Assembly: GCA_028703305.1 (NCBI GenBank)
Contig: JAQVNC010000003.1
Span: 5,270-69,269, forward strand
Length of the DNA: 64,000 nt
From: Patescibacteria group bacterium
GTDB taxonomy: Bacteria > Patescibacteriota > Patescibacteriia > Patescibacteriales > GWC2-42-12
Direction: 5' to 3'
Shown: piece after piece, positions 17,401-27,045 of the stretch
Numbering within the stretch: position 1 is the stretch's first letter
Layout of the letters: each line of letters starts with the position of its first letter
Program-made: the position numbers and the translations under genes
The notes under the pieces: generated by a model
What the model was told of the DNA's origin: nothing
The model's input: the letters and a program-made list of their open reading frames with translations, nothing else
The model's database searches: none

Positions 17401-18384
17401 GGGCACCATCGGCCTTAAGTCCGGAGGAATCACCGGCACCATATTTAAAACCATCCATTCGGGTCTTAAATTATTGGCGCGCAAGCTCCTTAATAATTTC
17501 AAGCGCCTGACCATTTTATCTTTTTTTGAATCAATCGCCGTTAAAAGTTCTTTATCTATTTGAGCAATGGTTTTATCCAGATCAATTTTCTCCAAAAGTT
17601 TTCTAATGGCGCTGGCGCCGATATCGGCCGTAAAAATATGGCCGTATTTTAAGCTTAAATTTTGATAGATGCTTTCGGAAATTATAGTTAAAGGTTTTAA
17701 ATCTTTTAATTCTTTTTGCGCTTGGTCAAAAGCCTGCTCTAAATTATTAAGTTTATCATTTTTTATTTTCTCCAAGGCTTCAATCTCCTGGCTTAACATA
17801 CTTTCAATTTCAAATTCGCTTTTGCCTTGAGTCAATAATTTGCCTTTTTTATTTTTAATTTCATTAACCTGTCTTGAGAAATCGGCTTCAATGGATTTTC
17901 TCTTGTTTTTATATTCCTGCTTAATTTGCTCAATCGTAGCCAAGCGCAAATCTTCATTAACATCGGAAATGACAAAGCTGGCGAAATAAACCACCTTTTC
18001 CAAGGCTTGCATGGGCAAATCCAAAATCAAGCCGATCTTTGAAGAAGTGCCGCGAAGAAACCAAATGTGGCTGACCGGCGCTTCCAATTTAATATGGCCC
18101 ATGCGCTCGCGGCGCACCAAGCTCCTGGTTACTTCCACGCCGCACTTATCGCAAATTATGCCTTTATAGCGGATTTTTTTATATTTGCCGCAATAGCACT
18201 CCCAATCTTTTGACGGCCCGAAAATGCGCTCGCAAAATAATCCGTCTTTTTCCGGTTTTTGCGTGCGGTAATTAATGGTTTCCGGCCGAGTAACTTCGCC
18301 ATGAGACCAATGTAAAATTTCTTCAGGTGAAGCTAATTTTAATTTAATGGCGTCAAAATCAGTGGTTTTTATTGGATTAAGCAT
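14440..18384 (-). CDS. rpoC: DNA-directed RNA polymerase subunit beta'
   Basis: 1314 aa. [12 protein letters not shown] catalytic motif, zinc-binding [23 protein letters not shown], trigger-loop and bridge-helix regions. Confidence 0.97.
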   Translation of the reverse strand: MLNPIKTTDFDAIKLKLASPEEILHWSHGEVTRPETINYRTQKPEKDGLFCERIFGPSKDWECYCGKYKKIRYKGIICDKCGVEVTRSLVRRERMGHIKLEAPVSHIWFLRGTSSKIGLILDLPMQALEKVVYFASFVISDVNEDLRLATIEQIKQEYKNKRKSIEADFSRQVNEIKNKKGKLLTQGKSEFEIESMLSQEIEALEKIKNDKLNNLEQAFDQAQKELKDLKPLTIISESIYQNLSLKYGHIFTADIGASAIRKLLEKIDLDKTIAQIDKELLTAIDSKKDKMVRRLKLLRSLRANNLRPEWMVLNMVPVIPPDLRPMVPLDGGRFATSDLNDLYRRIINRNNRLKQLIELNAPEVICRNEKRMLQEAVDALIDNSIRHGKTVVASTGQKRMLKSLADSLKGKQGRFRQNLLGKRIDYSGRSVIVVNPNLNLDQCGLPKRMALELFKPFIISRLIDKEIVHNVRSASRYIESGKDEVWDILEDIVKKSYVMLNRAPTLHRLGIQAFKPILIEGLAIQINPLVCTAFNADFDGDQMAVHVPLTEEAIGEARDIMLASHNLLKPATGDPVVAPNQDIVWGAFYITNIDQAYLDADEKKLKSFYSAEDAKLSYDMKNIKLQQKIRVMIDGKLIITTVGRIIFNEVLPPKLRFVNDTVGKGKLKNLVKECLRFYGEQPTIDLLDNLKKTSFKYITKSGLSWGMDDIPHLYEKDEMLVNASKQAEEISEQYRDGLLTDSERYSKIIELWTTVKEKVTEICRHHLPKDGPVYSMIESGARGSWAQLTQILGMKGLVTSPSGDIIELPVKGNFKKGFSVLEYFIATHGVRKGLSDTALRTSNAGYLTRRLVDVSQDIIVVKDDCGDKEGLLIVKKESEEMGESLLRRMTGRFLAADLKNKTGKVLIKAGELVTEELAEKIAKEDISEVRIKSVLTCKIHRGICAKCYGYDLAYNKTVKIGTAVGIIAAQSIGEPGTQLTMRTFHTGGVAGQEDITQGLPRVEEIFEGRPPKKKAFIADVAGKVKIETAQRTIAGEAGEMIISNPQSKILKIYYQGAESDKYYFAEAAKEAGSEDKDNKKKEVKILVKDGAEVVKNSELFAIGKKVFKARKAGVVKLDEKLIKVISDVEKVKEYIVPKGFGIWVKDGDEVKIGDQLTEGSLDLHQLYQLRGKLEAQKYIIKEIQYVYSSQGQPLNDKHIEIIARQMFGRIYVTDAGDTELLSGEIVEKAIFDRTNEEIKVKGKKPAKGDQMLLGITKSSLTTNSWLSAASFQETARVLIDAAVTGKVDYLEGLKENVIIGRPIPAGTGYHQKAD

Positions 18385-18425
18385 AATATGTGGTATTTAA
18401 AATATATGTTAATAAATAAATTAAC

Positions 18426-21400
18426 CTATTCTTTCGCTTCCGCAAAACTCTGCTTTCTATCCCCTTCTTCCGCCGGCTTATCATCTCCCTGGCGCTCTAA
18501 GCTGACTACTTGATCGCCTTGCATAAGTTCAACATCCAAGCATAAGCCTTTTAATTCTCTAACCAACACATTAAATGATTCCGGCACGTTTAATTTTCTG
18601 ATCGGCTCTCCTTTAATGATTGACTCATAGGCTTTGCTCCGGCCCGGCACGTCATCCGATTTAATGGTCAAAATTTCCTGCAAGCAATGCGCCGCGCCAT
18701 AAGCTTCAAGCGCCCAGACTTCCATTTCACCAAAACGCTGGCCGCCGAACTGGGCTTTACCGCCCAAAGGCTGCTGGGTAATTAAAGAGTACGGGCCGAT
18801 TGAACGCTGGTGCATCTTATCTTCAACCATATGGTTAAGCTTCAACATATATTTATAGCCGATAACCACTTGATTGTCATAAGACTCGCCGGTTTTGCCG
18901 TCGTAAAGAGTTACTTTGCCATTAGTGGGTAAGCCGGCTTTTGCCAATTCTTCTTTAATTTGCGTTTCGGTAATTCCGTTTAACGGCGGCACGGCTATCT
19001 TATAGCCTAAAGTTTTAGCCGCGTAGCCTAAATGAGTCTCTAAAAGCTGGCCCAGGTTCATTCTTGAAACCACGCCTAAAGGCGACAAAATTATTTCAAT
19101 CGGCGTGCCGTCGGCCAAATAAGGCATGTCTTCAACCGGCACAATTTTAGAAATAACGCCTTTATTGCCATGCCGTCCGGCCATTTTATCTCCGATTTGA
19201 ATTTTTCTTAAGTTGGCTACGGTTACCTGGATTGACTGAATTACTCCGGCCGCCAGCTTATCGCCGTCTTCGCGGGAAAATATTTTAATATCAACCACTT
19301 TGCCGTGTTCACCATGCTCTAAATATAATGAAGAATCCCTAACATCTTTGGCTTTTTCGCCAAAAATCGCGCGCAAAAGTTTTTCTTCGGCCGATAATTC
19401 GGTTTCGCCCTTAGGCGTAATTTTACCGACTAAAATATCGCCTGAAGAAACTTCGGCGCCAATTCGCACAATACCACGTTCATCCAAATCTTTTAATTTT
19501 TCTTCGCTGATGTTGGGAATGTCATTAGTGATTAACTCCGGCCCGAGTTTAGTATCGCGCACGTCAATCGTGTAATTTTCTATATGGATTGAGGAATAGA
19601 CGTCTTCTTTCATTAAGCGCTCGGAAATAATCACCGCGTCTTCATAATTAAAACCTTCCCAACTCATAAAAGCCACTAACACATTTCTGCCTAAAGACAA
19701 TTCACCGTTATCTACGGCCGAACTGTTAGTTAAAACATCACCCCTTTTTACTTTGTCTCCCCGATCAACGATCGGGCGCTGATTTATGCAGGTTGAAGCG
19801 TTGGAACGTAAAAATTTATTTAAAACATATTTGGTGGTTTTGCCTTTTTTATCTTTTAATTCAATCGCGCCGCCGTCCATTTTAACGATTTCGCCGTCTT
19901 CTTCGGCTAAAATGATGTGCCCGGAGTCGGTGGCGGCTCTGGCTTCCATGCCGGTGCCCACGACAGGCGATTCGGCGGTAATTAACGGCACGGCCTGGCG
20001 TTGCATGTTAGTTCCCATTAAAGCCCTGATGCCGTCGTTATGCTCCAAAAATGGAATTAACGAGGTGGCAACGGAAACGATTTGATTCGGCGCCACGCCG
20101 ATTAAGTCAATTTTTTCAACCGGTTCTAATGACGGCTGGCCGTATCTTCTGGCCTCGGCTTTTTCTACCGTAAAATATCCATCGGCGTTAACCGGAGTGG
20201 TCGCGGCCGTGGTAATATATTTTTCTTCTTCAAAAGCGTCAAGATAAACGATTTTGTCACCTAAAACCGGCACAATCGGAATAGAAATATGGCCGATTTT
20301 TTCTTTAAGTTCAGCGGCGATCTTTTTATCAATTACCGCGCCGGCCTTGATTATCAATTTGCCTTTTTTATCGCCTTTGATTTCATAAATATCTTCACGG
20401 GCAATTTTATTTAAAGTTATGGCCGGATCATTTTCTACGTCATGCAAAACCTCGCGGTAAGGCGCTTCAATAAAGCCATAGCTGTTAAGCCTGGCATAAC
20501 TGGCCAAATGGCCGACCAAGCCGATATTCGGACCTTCCGGCGTGGCAATCGGGCAAATGCGGCTGTAATGGGTAGTATGCACGTCGCGCACTTCAAAGCC
20601 GGCGCGTTCGCGGGTTAAACCGCCCGGCCCCATGGCGCTAAGCCTTCTTTTATGTTCAAGTTCGGCTAAAGGATTGGTCTGATCCATGAATTGCGACAAC
20701 TGCGAAGACATGAAAAATTCTTTAACCACGCTTATGACCGGACGGGCGTTGATCAATTTATTCGGCGTTAAACTATCTATATCCATGATGCTCATTCTGT
20801 CTCTGACGATCCTTTCCATTCTGGCAAGCCCGACTCTGAATTTATTTTGGATCAATTCACCGATCGCCCTGACGCGGCGATTGCCCAAATGGTCGATATC
20901 GTCTTCTCTCTCTTGAGTAATATTTAATCTAACGACTTCTTTAACGATAGCGATCAAATCTTCTCTTCTTAAAACTCTGTTTTCTTTATTATTGGGAACA
21001 TTTTGGTTAAATCGCTTATTCATCTTATAGCGGCCGACGCGGTCAAAATCATAACGGTCAAATCTGAAAAACATGGAATGAATCAATTGCCTGGCATTAT
21101 CGGTCGTGGCTAAGTCGCCCGGCCTTATCCTCTTATACACTTCTTTAAGGCCTTCAGCCTCATTTTTGGCCGCGTCCTTAGCTAAAGTGGCTTCAATATA
21201 ACCGAGCAAAGTTTTTTCGCCTTCAAGGCCGGCAACTATATTGTCATCGCTAAATAATTGTTTTATTTCTTCGTCGCTTGAATAGCCGAAAGCCCTAAAT
21301 AAAGAAGTAATGGCGACTTTTCTTTTTCTGTCTATCCTAACCCAGACAACATCGTTCATGTCGGTCTCAATTTCAAGCCAAGCGCCGCGGTTAGGTATGA

Positions 21401-21869
21401 CTTTGGCGCCATAATATTTTTTGCCCTTGATAAATTCCGAGGTAAAAATAACGCCGGCGCTTCTAATTAGCTGCGAAACCACGACTCTTTCAATGCCATT
21501 GACGATAAAAGTGCCGTTTTTAGTCATTAAAGGGAAGTCGCCTAAAAATACTTCTTGCGTTACGCTTTGGCCGGTTTTTTTGTTTGATAATTTAGCCTTG
21601 ACTCTAAGCGAAGCTTCATAAGTAATATTTTTAGACTTGCTTTCGCTCTCGTCAAATTTAGGTTCGTCTAAATAATAATCTTCCAAAGATAATTCAAGAT
21701 TGCGGCCGATAAAATCGGTTACTGGAGAAATTTCTTCAAATAAATCCTTCAAGCCTTCGCGCAAAAACCAATCATAAGAATCTTTTTGAATTTCAATTAA
21801 ATCAGGCAGTTCAATCGCCGATTTAGTATCAGTAAAAAATTTTCTGGCCATTTGTTTATTTTTAGACAT
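18426..21869 (-). CDS. rpoB: DNA-directed RNA polymerase subunit beta
   Basis: 1147 aa. GRHGNKGVISKI, FGGQRFGEMEVWALEAYGA and SQLSQFMDQTNPL (rifampicin-region) motifs. Confidence 0.97.
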   Translation of the reverse strand: MSKNKQMARKFFTDTKSAIELPDLIEIQKDSYDWFLREGLKDLFEEISPVTDFIGRNLELSLEDYYLDEPKFDESESKSKNITYEASLRVKAKLSNKKTGQSVTQEVFLGDFPLMTKNGTFIVNGIERVVVSQLIRSAGVIFTSEFIKGKKYYGAKVIPNRGAWLEIETDMNDVVWVRIDRKRKVAITSLFRAFGYSSDEEIKQLFSDDNIVAGLEGEKTLLGYIEATLAKDAAKNEAEGLKEVYKRIRPGDLATTDNARQLIHSMFFRFDRYDFDRVGRYKMNKRFNQNVPNNKENRVLRREDLIAIVKEVVRLNITQEREDDIDHLGNRRVRAIGELIQNKFRVGLARMERIVRDRMSIMDIDSLTPNKLINARPVISVVKEFFMSSQLSQFMDQTNPLAELEHKRRLSAMGPGGLTRERAGFEVRDVHTTHYSRICPIATPEGPNIGLVGHLASYARLNSYGFIEAPYREVLHDVENDPAITLNKIAREDIYEIKGDKKGKLIIKAGAVIDKKIAAELKEKIGHISIPIVPVLGDKIVYLDAFEEEKYITTAATTPVNADGYFTVEKAEARRYGQPSLEPVEKIDLIGVAPNQIVSVATSLIPFLEHNDGIRALMGTNMQRQAVPLITAESPVVGTGMEARAATDSGHIILAEEDGEIVKMDGGAIELKDKKGKTTKYVLNKFLRSNASTCINQRPIVDRGDKVKRGDVLTNSSAVDNGELSLGRNVLVAFMSWEGFNYEDAVIISERLMKEDVYSSIHIENYTIDVRDTKLGPELITNDIPNISEEKLKDLDERGIVRIGAEVSSGDILVGKITPKGETELSAEEKLLRAIFGEKAKDVRDSSLYLEHGEHGKVVDIKIFSREDGDKLAAGVIQSIQVTVANLRKIQIGDKMAGRHGNKGVISKIVPVEDMPYLADGTPIEIILSPLGVVSRMNLGQLLETHLGYAAKTLGYKIAVPPLNGITETQIKEELAKAGLPTNGKVTLYDGKTGESYDNQVVIGYKYMLKLNHMVEDKMHQRSIGPYSLITQQPLGGKAQFGGQRFGEMEVWALEAYGAAHCLQEILTIKSDDVPGRSKAYESIIKGEPIRKLNVPESFNVLVRELKGLCLDVELMQGDQVVSLERQGDDKPAEEGDRKQSFAEAKE

Positions 21870-22171
21870 AATATTTATGCCCCCGCTAACATCAGGGGTA
21901 AAGCAAAGATTTTAATTAAAAAAAACAAAAAAACCCAATCGGTTGGTTCTTTTTGGCTAACGGTAAATATTTAATTAATGAGATAAGTTTCCACTTATTT
22001 AAGTTTTAAAATATGCACGGGGATTTTAAAATCTTCTATTTTATAACAAAAAAACGGCTAGACATGATATTCCTTTCCGCTATATTCTTTCATCGCGGAG
22101 CCGTTTGATTTTCTATCAGTTATTTTAAACGTAAAGTTTGCTAAATATTACCTCGAGTAAAAACTTATTAA

Positions 22172-22200
22172 ATACTAACAACAATTATTAAGCTTGTCAA
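22172..22200 (-). promoter_or_regulatory. sigma70-like promoter candidate for rpoBC (TTGACA-N17-TAGTAT)
   Basis: Minus strand: ttgaca (22200-22195), 17-nt spacer, tagtat (22177-22172). About 300 nt upstream of the rpoB ATG. Confidence 0.35.
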
Positions 22201-22325
22201 GGGTTTTTAACCTAAATTTTTTATTTTTTCAAGTTTATTTAACTTCTTAGCTAATATTAAATAATAATTTTCTATTTTCCATTATTATAAAGACGCAATC
22301 ATAATTAAAGTTATCCACACATCAT

Positions 22326-23732
22326 CTAAAATTTTTGTTTTATATTATTTCTATCAATCAACTCTTTGACCGCTTCTCTATCATCCCAGGGAATTTTTAC
22401 GCCGCCGGCCACGCAAATCGCCTGCTCACAACCTTTGCCGGTAATTAATACCACATCATTCTCGCGCGCCAAAGCCAGAGCCTTTTTAATCGCCTTCCGG
22501 CGGTCTTCAATTTTGAATAAATTTTCATTTTCCATTTTGCCGGCGTTCATCGCTCCGGCCGCCACTTGATCAATAATTAACTTCGGGTCGTCGTCATATG
22601 GATCTTCGTTGGTTACGATTACAATGTCGGCTTTCTTTCCGGCTAAAGCGCCGAGCTTTGGCCGCCGCGCCATATCGCGCCCGCCGCCGGCCGAACCTAA
22701 CACATGAATTATTTTACTGTGCTCTAAATTCAGAATAGTATTATATATTTTTTTTAAAGCTTCGGGCTCAAAAGCATAATCAATTATAACAGTAAAATCT
22801 GGTTCGCGGTTTTTTATTAGCTCCATCCTGCCAGGCACGCCCTTGATTTTTTCCAGGCCAACTTTTATTTTTTCTAATTTTATTCCCTGGCTTAGGCCTA
22901 GAGAGACCGCGTTCATGGCATTAGCCGCGTTATACTCGCCCAATAAATTTAATTTAATTTTTGCCTTATCATCAATCATAAACTCAACGCCATCTTTAAC
23001 TAACTTAATATCGCTATACCCGATAATATTATCACTTTTAACTTTTGACTTTATAACTTTATAACTAACTTTCTCTTCAGCCCAAAAATCTAAAAAATAA
23101 TCAGCGTATTTATCATCGCCGTTAACAATAATGGTTTTTTTAACTCGATTGGCCCCTATTTTTTTAAAACCATTTTCAGCGCTGATAACCCGCTTCTTAT
23201 CATTGGCATATTTGGTTTTACATTGCTTTAAATGAGAAAACAGCCTAGCTTTAGCCTGCTTATAATTTTCAAAGCCGCCATGAGCTTCAACATGCTCCGG
23301 ATAAAGCCCGGTAAAAATTAAAATATCATAATTTATAAATTTATGGCGGAATTGTTCAATACCCTGCGAAGTGGTTTCAACTATGGCGTACTGGCAGTTA
23401 TTTTTTACCATTTTTTTAAGCATTTTCTGGGTAAAGAACCTGCCGGCCATGGTCATTTTTTTATTATTCAGCCATTCAGTCTGACCATCGCTAAAAATGG
23501 CGGTTGAAGTAAAGCCGGTTTTAAAACCCGCCGAGGCTAGCATCTTGGAAATTAAATATACGCTGGTGGTTTTGCCGGTGGTACCGGTTACGCCGATAAC
23601 AATCAATTTATTGGACGGCCAGCCATGCCAAGCCGCCGCGGCCGAGCTTAATAAAAAATGATAAGCCGGTTGCAAGGCCTTAAATAATTTTGCGGGGATA
23701 TATCTCTTTAATATGTTTAATATTTGTTCCAT
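22326..23732 (-). CDS. murE: Mur ligase, MurE-like (UDP-MurNAc-L-Ala-D-Glu:diamino acid ligase)
   Basis: GVTGTTGKTT P-loop, ETTSQGIEQFRH, FTGLYPEHVEAHGGFENYKQAKARLF, DYAFEPEAL, GSAGGGRD..RRP..G. Confidence 0.75.
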   Translation of the reverse strand: MEQILNILKRYIPAKLFKALQPAYHFLLSSAAAAWHGWPSNKLIVIGVTGTTGKTTSVYLISKMLASAGFKTGFTSTAIFSDGQTEWLNNKKMTMAGRFFTQKMLKKMVKNNCQYAIVETTSQGIEQFRHKFINYDILIFTGLYPEHVEAHGGFENYKQAKARLFSHLKQCKTKYANDKKRVISAENGFKKIGANRVKKTIIVNGDDKYADYFLDFWAEEKVSYKVIKSKVKSDNIIGYSDIKLVKDGVEFMIDDKAKIKLNLLGEYNAANAMNAVSLGLSQGIKLEKIKVGLEKIKGVPGRMELIKNREPDFTVIIDYAFEPEALKKIYNTILNLEHSKIIHVLGSAGGGRDMARRPKLGALAGKKADIVIVTNEDPYDDDPKLIIDQVAAGAMNAGKMENENLFKIEDRRKAIKKALALARENDVVLITGKGCEQAICVAGGVKIPWDDREAVKELIDRNNIKQKF

Positions 23733-23746
23733 AATTTATCCTTTTT

Positions 23747-23797
23747 GTAACTCATAGCTCGCAACCCGCAACTCTTAAGTTACGAGCTATGAGTTAC
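23747..23797. repeat. 15-bp perfect inverted repeat built from gagttac-type heptads
   Basis: gtaactcatagctcg ... cgagctatgagttac, followed by gagttgtgag. Lies between the murE start and the femX-like stop. Confidence 0.8.
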
Positions 23798-23808
23798 GAG
23801 TTGTGAGG

Positions 23809-24903
23809 CTAAAATGTCCTTCTAACCTTTCTAACCATTTTATAAATATTATACCAGCCGGGGTCAAAAACCAGATCAAAGGTTCCGGGATATTTTACGG
23901 CTTGGCCGTTAAAGCCCATTTTAAAACGAGTCACCCCCGGCCATTTAACCTCGTCAATGCCGTGAAAATCATAATATTTATAGCCTAGCTGCTTGGCCAA
24001 TTTAATAGTCTGCCACTGCATGGCATATGGCGCCATGGCTTCGCGATTATCATTGGAAGAGCCGCCATGGATATAGGTAGCGGTGTCGCCGAAAAAAACC
24101 ACTAAATTGCCAGCCAACGTCTTGCCCTGATATTCGGCAAATAATAATTTTACGAAACTATTATCCATTTTTATCATAGCCTGATAATAGCTGCGGCCAT
24201 GGAGGTTAAAATTATCGCGATCGCCGGTAGAAGCCAAAAGCTGCCAAAATTCTTCAAAACGTTCCGCGCCCGCCTCTACAATTTTTACGCTCTTTTTTTC
24301 CGCCAGCCGAATATTATAGCGGGTTTTTTGATGCATGGCCTGCAAAATTTCCTCTTCTGATTTGGTTAAATCTAAAACCAGCGTTTGGCTCGGCTGGACA
24401 TCAATGGTTTTTGTTAATTGCCAATCAATGAGATGGCGGATAATTTCCGCTTCGCTGAAAATATGGCCGGAAAGAGACTCCCAGGTCGGCTCAAACCGCA
24501 AAAACATTATTCCCTCCTCTGCGGCTATCTTTTTTATTTCATTAAATAACAAATTTATTATTTCTTCTCTCTTCTCGGCTAATCTTTCGGGAGAATTTTC
24601 CGGCTGCTTGGTTAAAACTCCGGCGAGCCGCGCGACAGGATTACTGACTTCCAGCCCTCGGGATTTTAAAATCGGCCCGCGACCGCAATAAAAATAACTT
24701 CGCCCCATGGGCAATTGTTTTTTAACTAATTTAGCCGAAGCTAATAACTGCCCATCATCTTCCAGGACGCCGATTCGCCAAATAAAGCCGCTGACTTCTC
24801 TTTGAAATTCTCCCCATTCCCAAGATTGTAAAAATTGGGCATGCTCGTTGCCGGCCACAAAATCATTCAATTGTTTTTTGTCTGTTATTTTAATTATTTT
24901 CAT
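23809..24903 (-). CDS. FemAB-family peptidoglycan interpeptide-bridge aminoacyltransferase (FemX-like)
   Basis: FLQSWEWGEFQ, ATYIHGGSSN and APYAMQWQTIKLAKQLGYKYYDFHGI are typical of FemABX. Confidence 0.8.
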   Translation of the reverse strand: MKIIKITDKKQLNDFVAGNEHAQFLQSWEWGEFQREVSGFIWRIGVLEDDGQLLASAKLVKKQLPMGRSYFYCGRGPILKSRGLEVSNPVARLAGVLTKQPENSPERLAEKREEIINLLFNEIKKIAAEEGIMFLRFEPTWESLSGHIFSEAEIIRHLIDWQLTKTIDVQPSQTLVLDLTKSEEEILQAMHQKTRYNIRLAEKKSVKIVEAGAERFEEFWQLLASTGDRDNFNLHGRSYYQAMIKMDNSFVKLLFAEYQGKTLAGNLVVFFGDTATYIHGGSSNDNREAMAPYAMQWQTIKLAKQLGYKYYDFHGIDEVKWPGVTRFKMGFNGQAVKYPGTFDLVFDPGWYNIYKMVRKVRRTF

Positions 24904-25080
24904 ATAATTGACAAAATTATTCTAATCACCTAAATTATCACTAACAGGATTAGGTGCAATGCGGCATTAAAACAAATGACAAAGCTCAAACCCATTGAAA
25001 GCGAGTGGGTATGCTTACGTCAAAAAGATGCCAATGACCATTTAATCCTGCTTTTCTTTTTTGCAGATATCGCTTATGGA

Positions 25081-25178
25081 TTGGGGATAAATTTGTAAAA
25101 TTTTCGTGCGAGGACTGTTTGAGCCCCGCGGTAGCGGGGCGAGTTCCGCAGTAGAAAATTTAATAAATTTATCCCCAA
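25081..25178 (+). repeat. family-A structured palindromic repeat, copy 2
   Basis: Same core. Apical stem gccccgc/gcggggc. Outer arms ttggggataaattt/aaatttatccccaa. Confidence 0.9.
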
Positions 25179-25194
25179 TCATCACATAATAATT

Positions 25195-25773
25195 TTATTT
25201 CCCCAGCTTTTTTAAAGCCTGCCTAATACGTTCTCCCGAATCTTTTATTTTCGCGTCCACGCCGTTTAAAGCTTCGCGCGCCTGCGAGAGCGAATAGCCT
25301 AAGGCCATTAAGGCATCAATTTCATCGCTTGAACCTAGCTGGCTCGGGCTGAATTTATCGCCATCAACGGCCAGCTTAACGATTTTTTCCCTTAATTCCA
25401 AAACCACTCTTTCCGCGGTTTTGCGCCCGATGCCGGAAACTTTGGTTAAGAGCGCCGGATCGCCGCGGCCAATTGATTCTTTAATGTCGGCCACGGTAGC
25501 GATTGACATAACACCTAAAGCCGACCTTGGGCCGATGCCGGAAATGGAAAGCAATAATTCAAACATTTGCAGATCGGCCACACCCTTAAAGCCATACAAA
25601 TTTAAAGCGTCTTCCCGCACCTGCTGATAGGTATAAAATTCAACTTCCTGGCCTATGTTTAGATCGGCATAAAGCAAAGGCAAAATAAAAACCTGATAAC
25701 CGATATTATTTACCTCTAAAATTACAAAACTGTTGCTTTTATGCTTAATTTTTCCTTTTAAATAGGCTATCAT
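25195..25773 (-). CDS. ruvA: Holliday junction branch-migration complex subunit RuvA
   Basis: MIAYLKGKI..., tandem HhH motifs (LLSISGIGPRSAL, LTKVSGIGRKTAERVVLEL), C-terminal domain III. Confidence 0.9.
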   Translation of the reverse strand: MIAYLKGKIKHKSNSFVILEVNNIGYQVFILPLLYADLNIGQEVEFYTYQQVREDALNLYGFKGVADLQMFELLLSISGIGPRSALGVMSIATVADIKESIGRGDPALLTKVSGIGRKTAERVVLELREKIVKLAVDGDKFSPSQLGSSDEIDALMALGYSLSQAREALNGVDAKIKDSGERIRQALKKLGK

Positions 25774-25829
25774 AATACTCTTATTTTTACATATTAAAAC
25801 TAAAAATGCAATTAAGTATTATTATAAAT

Positions 25830-25929
25830 AATGGGGCTGAATTTGTTAAATTTTCGTGCGAGGACTGTTTGAGGCCGCCGACAGGCGGCCGAGTTCCGCA
25901 GTAGAAAATTTAATAAATTCAGCCCCATT
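25830..25929 (+). repeat. family-A structured palindromic repeat, copy 3
   Basis: Same core. Apical stem ggccgcc/ggcggcc. Outer arms aatggggctgaattt/aaattcagccccatt. Confidence 0.9.
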
Positions 25930-25950
25930 TATCTGTTGTCATTTAAAAAC

Positions 25951-26934
25951 TTACGCCTTCACCATATTATTAACTACCCTAACCAGCTTGCTAATTCCGC
26001 TTTTTTTCTCAAGCTCTAAAAACAAACCCGTCCAAGAAGAAATCTGGAAAACCGCCAAAGCCGCTCCGGCCATAACCACAATGAATAAAAAGCTGGCAAA
26101 AGCCAAGGCGGCGATCAGCCAAGAGCCAACCAAAGAAAAAGAATAATAAAATATTAAGCCCAAGAACAAAAACGGCACGGCTAAAACTAAAATCGCCAAA
26201 ACTATGACCAGGCCGATTAGTAAGTTTATAAAAAATAAAATTATCGCCATCTCAAAGCTGATCAGCCAATTTTCTTTAAATAACTGAAAGCCTTGCTTAA
26301 TCGCCACGGCCACTTTGCTTTTATTAATAACTACGTAAGCCACGGCGTACTTCATAATAAAAGATAAAATTATGGCCACCGGCACGGCAACCACTAAAGC
26401 AATAATATAAAAGAGCTTAGCGCTAAAGCTGGTTTGGTAAAAAATTACCGGCAAACTTATTGCCGCCAACAACACATAAATCGCGGCTTTTATAATAATA
26501 TTTAAGGCCAGTACCGGCCAAAAATTTAACATGCCGGAATTAAAGCCGTCTTTAAGCGCGTGTTTTTTTTGCTTGATAATAAGGGATGAATTGTTGACTA
26601 TGGCCGCCTGCGAAACTATAACCAGCCAAATTGCGAGCAAGCAAATAGCTAAGGCTATCAAACAAGCGACCAGTACTAAAATCATATTTAGAGTATCTTG
26701 TCTGAATAAATTTCCGATATTGGTTAAAGTATGGCCGCTAAATAGCCCTGTAGAAGCGATTCTCTGCCAAGCGGGAAACAATGACTCTCCGGGGTTACCG
26801 CCGTTATTATTAAATAAAATTTCAAATTCACCGCCGTTGCCTAAGAGCGCGGCAAAAATGCCAAACCACCAAAGATATTTATTGCGCCAGGTTAATTGCC
26901 AGGCTTGTTTTAAAATATTTCTATAAAATGGCAT
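25951..26934 (-). CDS. hypothetical polytopic integral membrane protein
   Basis: 327 aa with about 7 hydrophobic helices. No family recognised. Confidence 0.6.
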   Translation of the reverse strand: MPFYRNILKQAWQLTWRNKYLWWFGIFAALLGNGGEFEILFNNNGGNPGESLFPAWQRIASTGLFSGHTLTNIGNLFRQDTLNMILVLVACLIALAICLLAIWLVIVSQAAIVNNSSLIIKQKKHALKDGFNSGMLNFWPVLALNIIIKAAIYVLLAAISLPVIFYQTSFSAKLFYIIALVVAVPVAIILSFIMKYAVAYVVINKSKVAVAIKQGFQLFKENWLISFEMAIILFFINLLIGLVIVLAILVLAVPFLFLGLIFYYSFSLVGSWLIAALAFASFLFIVVMAGAALAVFQISSWTGLFLELEKKSGISKLVRVVNNMVKA

Positions 26935-27045
26935 AAAATCCTCCTTTCGCCGCTAAGAGCGAGATTTAATTATTAGTATTTATATTATACCACAAAGCAT
27001 ATTTGAAAAACAGTAAGGCTTTTACCAATTGTCTAAATATTATTA

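Noticed and set aside
14960-21621. Numerous 60-100-aa plus-strand ORFs inside rpoC and rpoB. The same kind of ORF occurs inside leuS, ftsH, glyQS, rpsA, proS, pilB, the histidine kinase gene and others.
   Set aside because: They are antisense or alternative-frame shadows of long, clearly homologous genes. They have low-complexity or Ser/Leu/Pro-rich translations, no start-site signals and no recognisable families.
24935-25075. Nested complementary segments (caggatta/taatcctg, ggcat/atgcc, acccatt/agtgggt) followed by a T-rich run, between femX and repeat A2. I considered it as a small RNA.
   Set aside because: The stems are short, there is a single copy so covariation cannot be assessed, and no match to a known RNA motif could be recalled. 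It is worth an Rfam scan but cannot be supported from the sequence alone.
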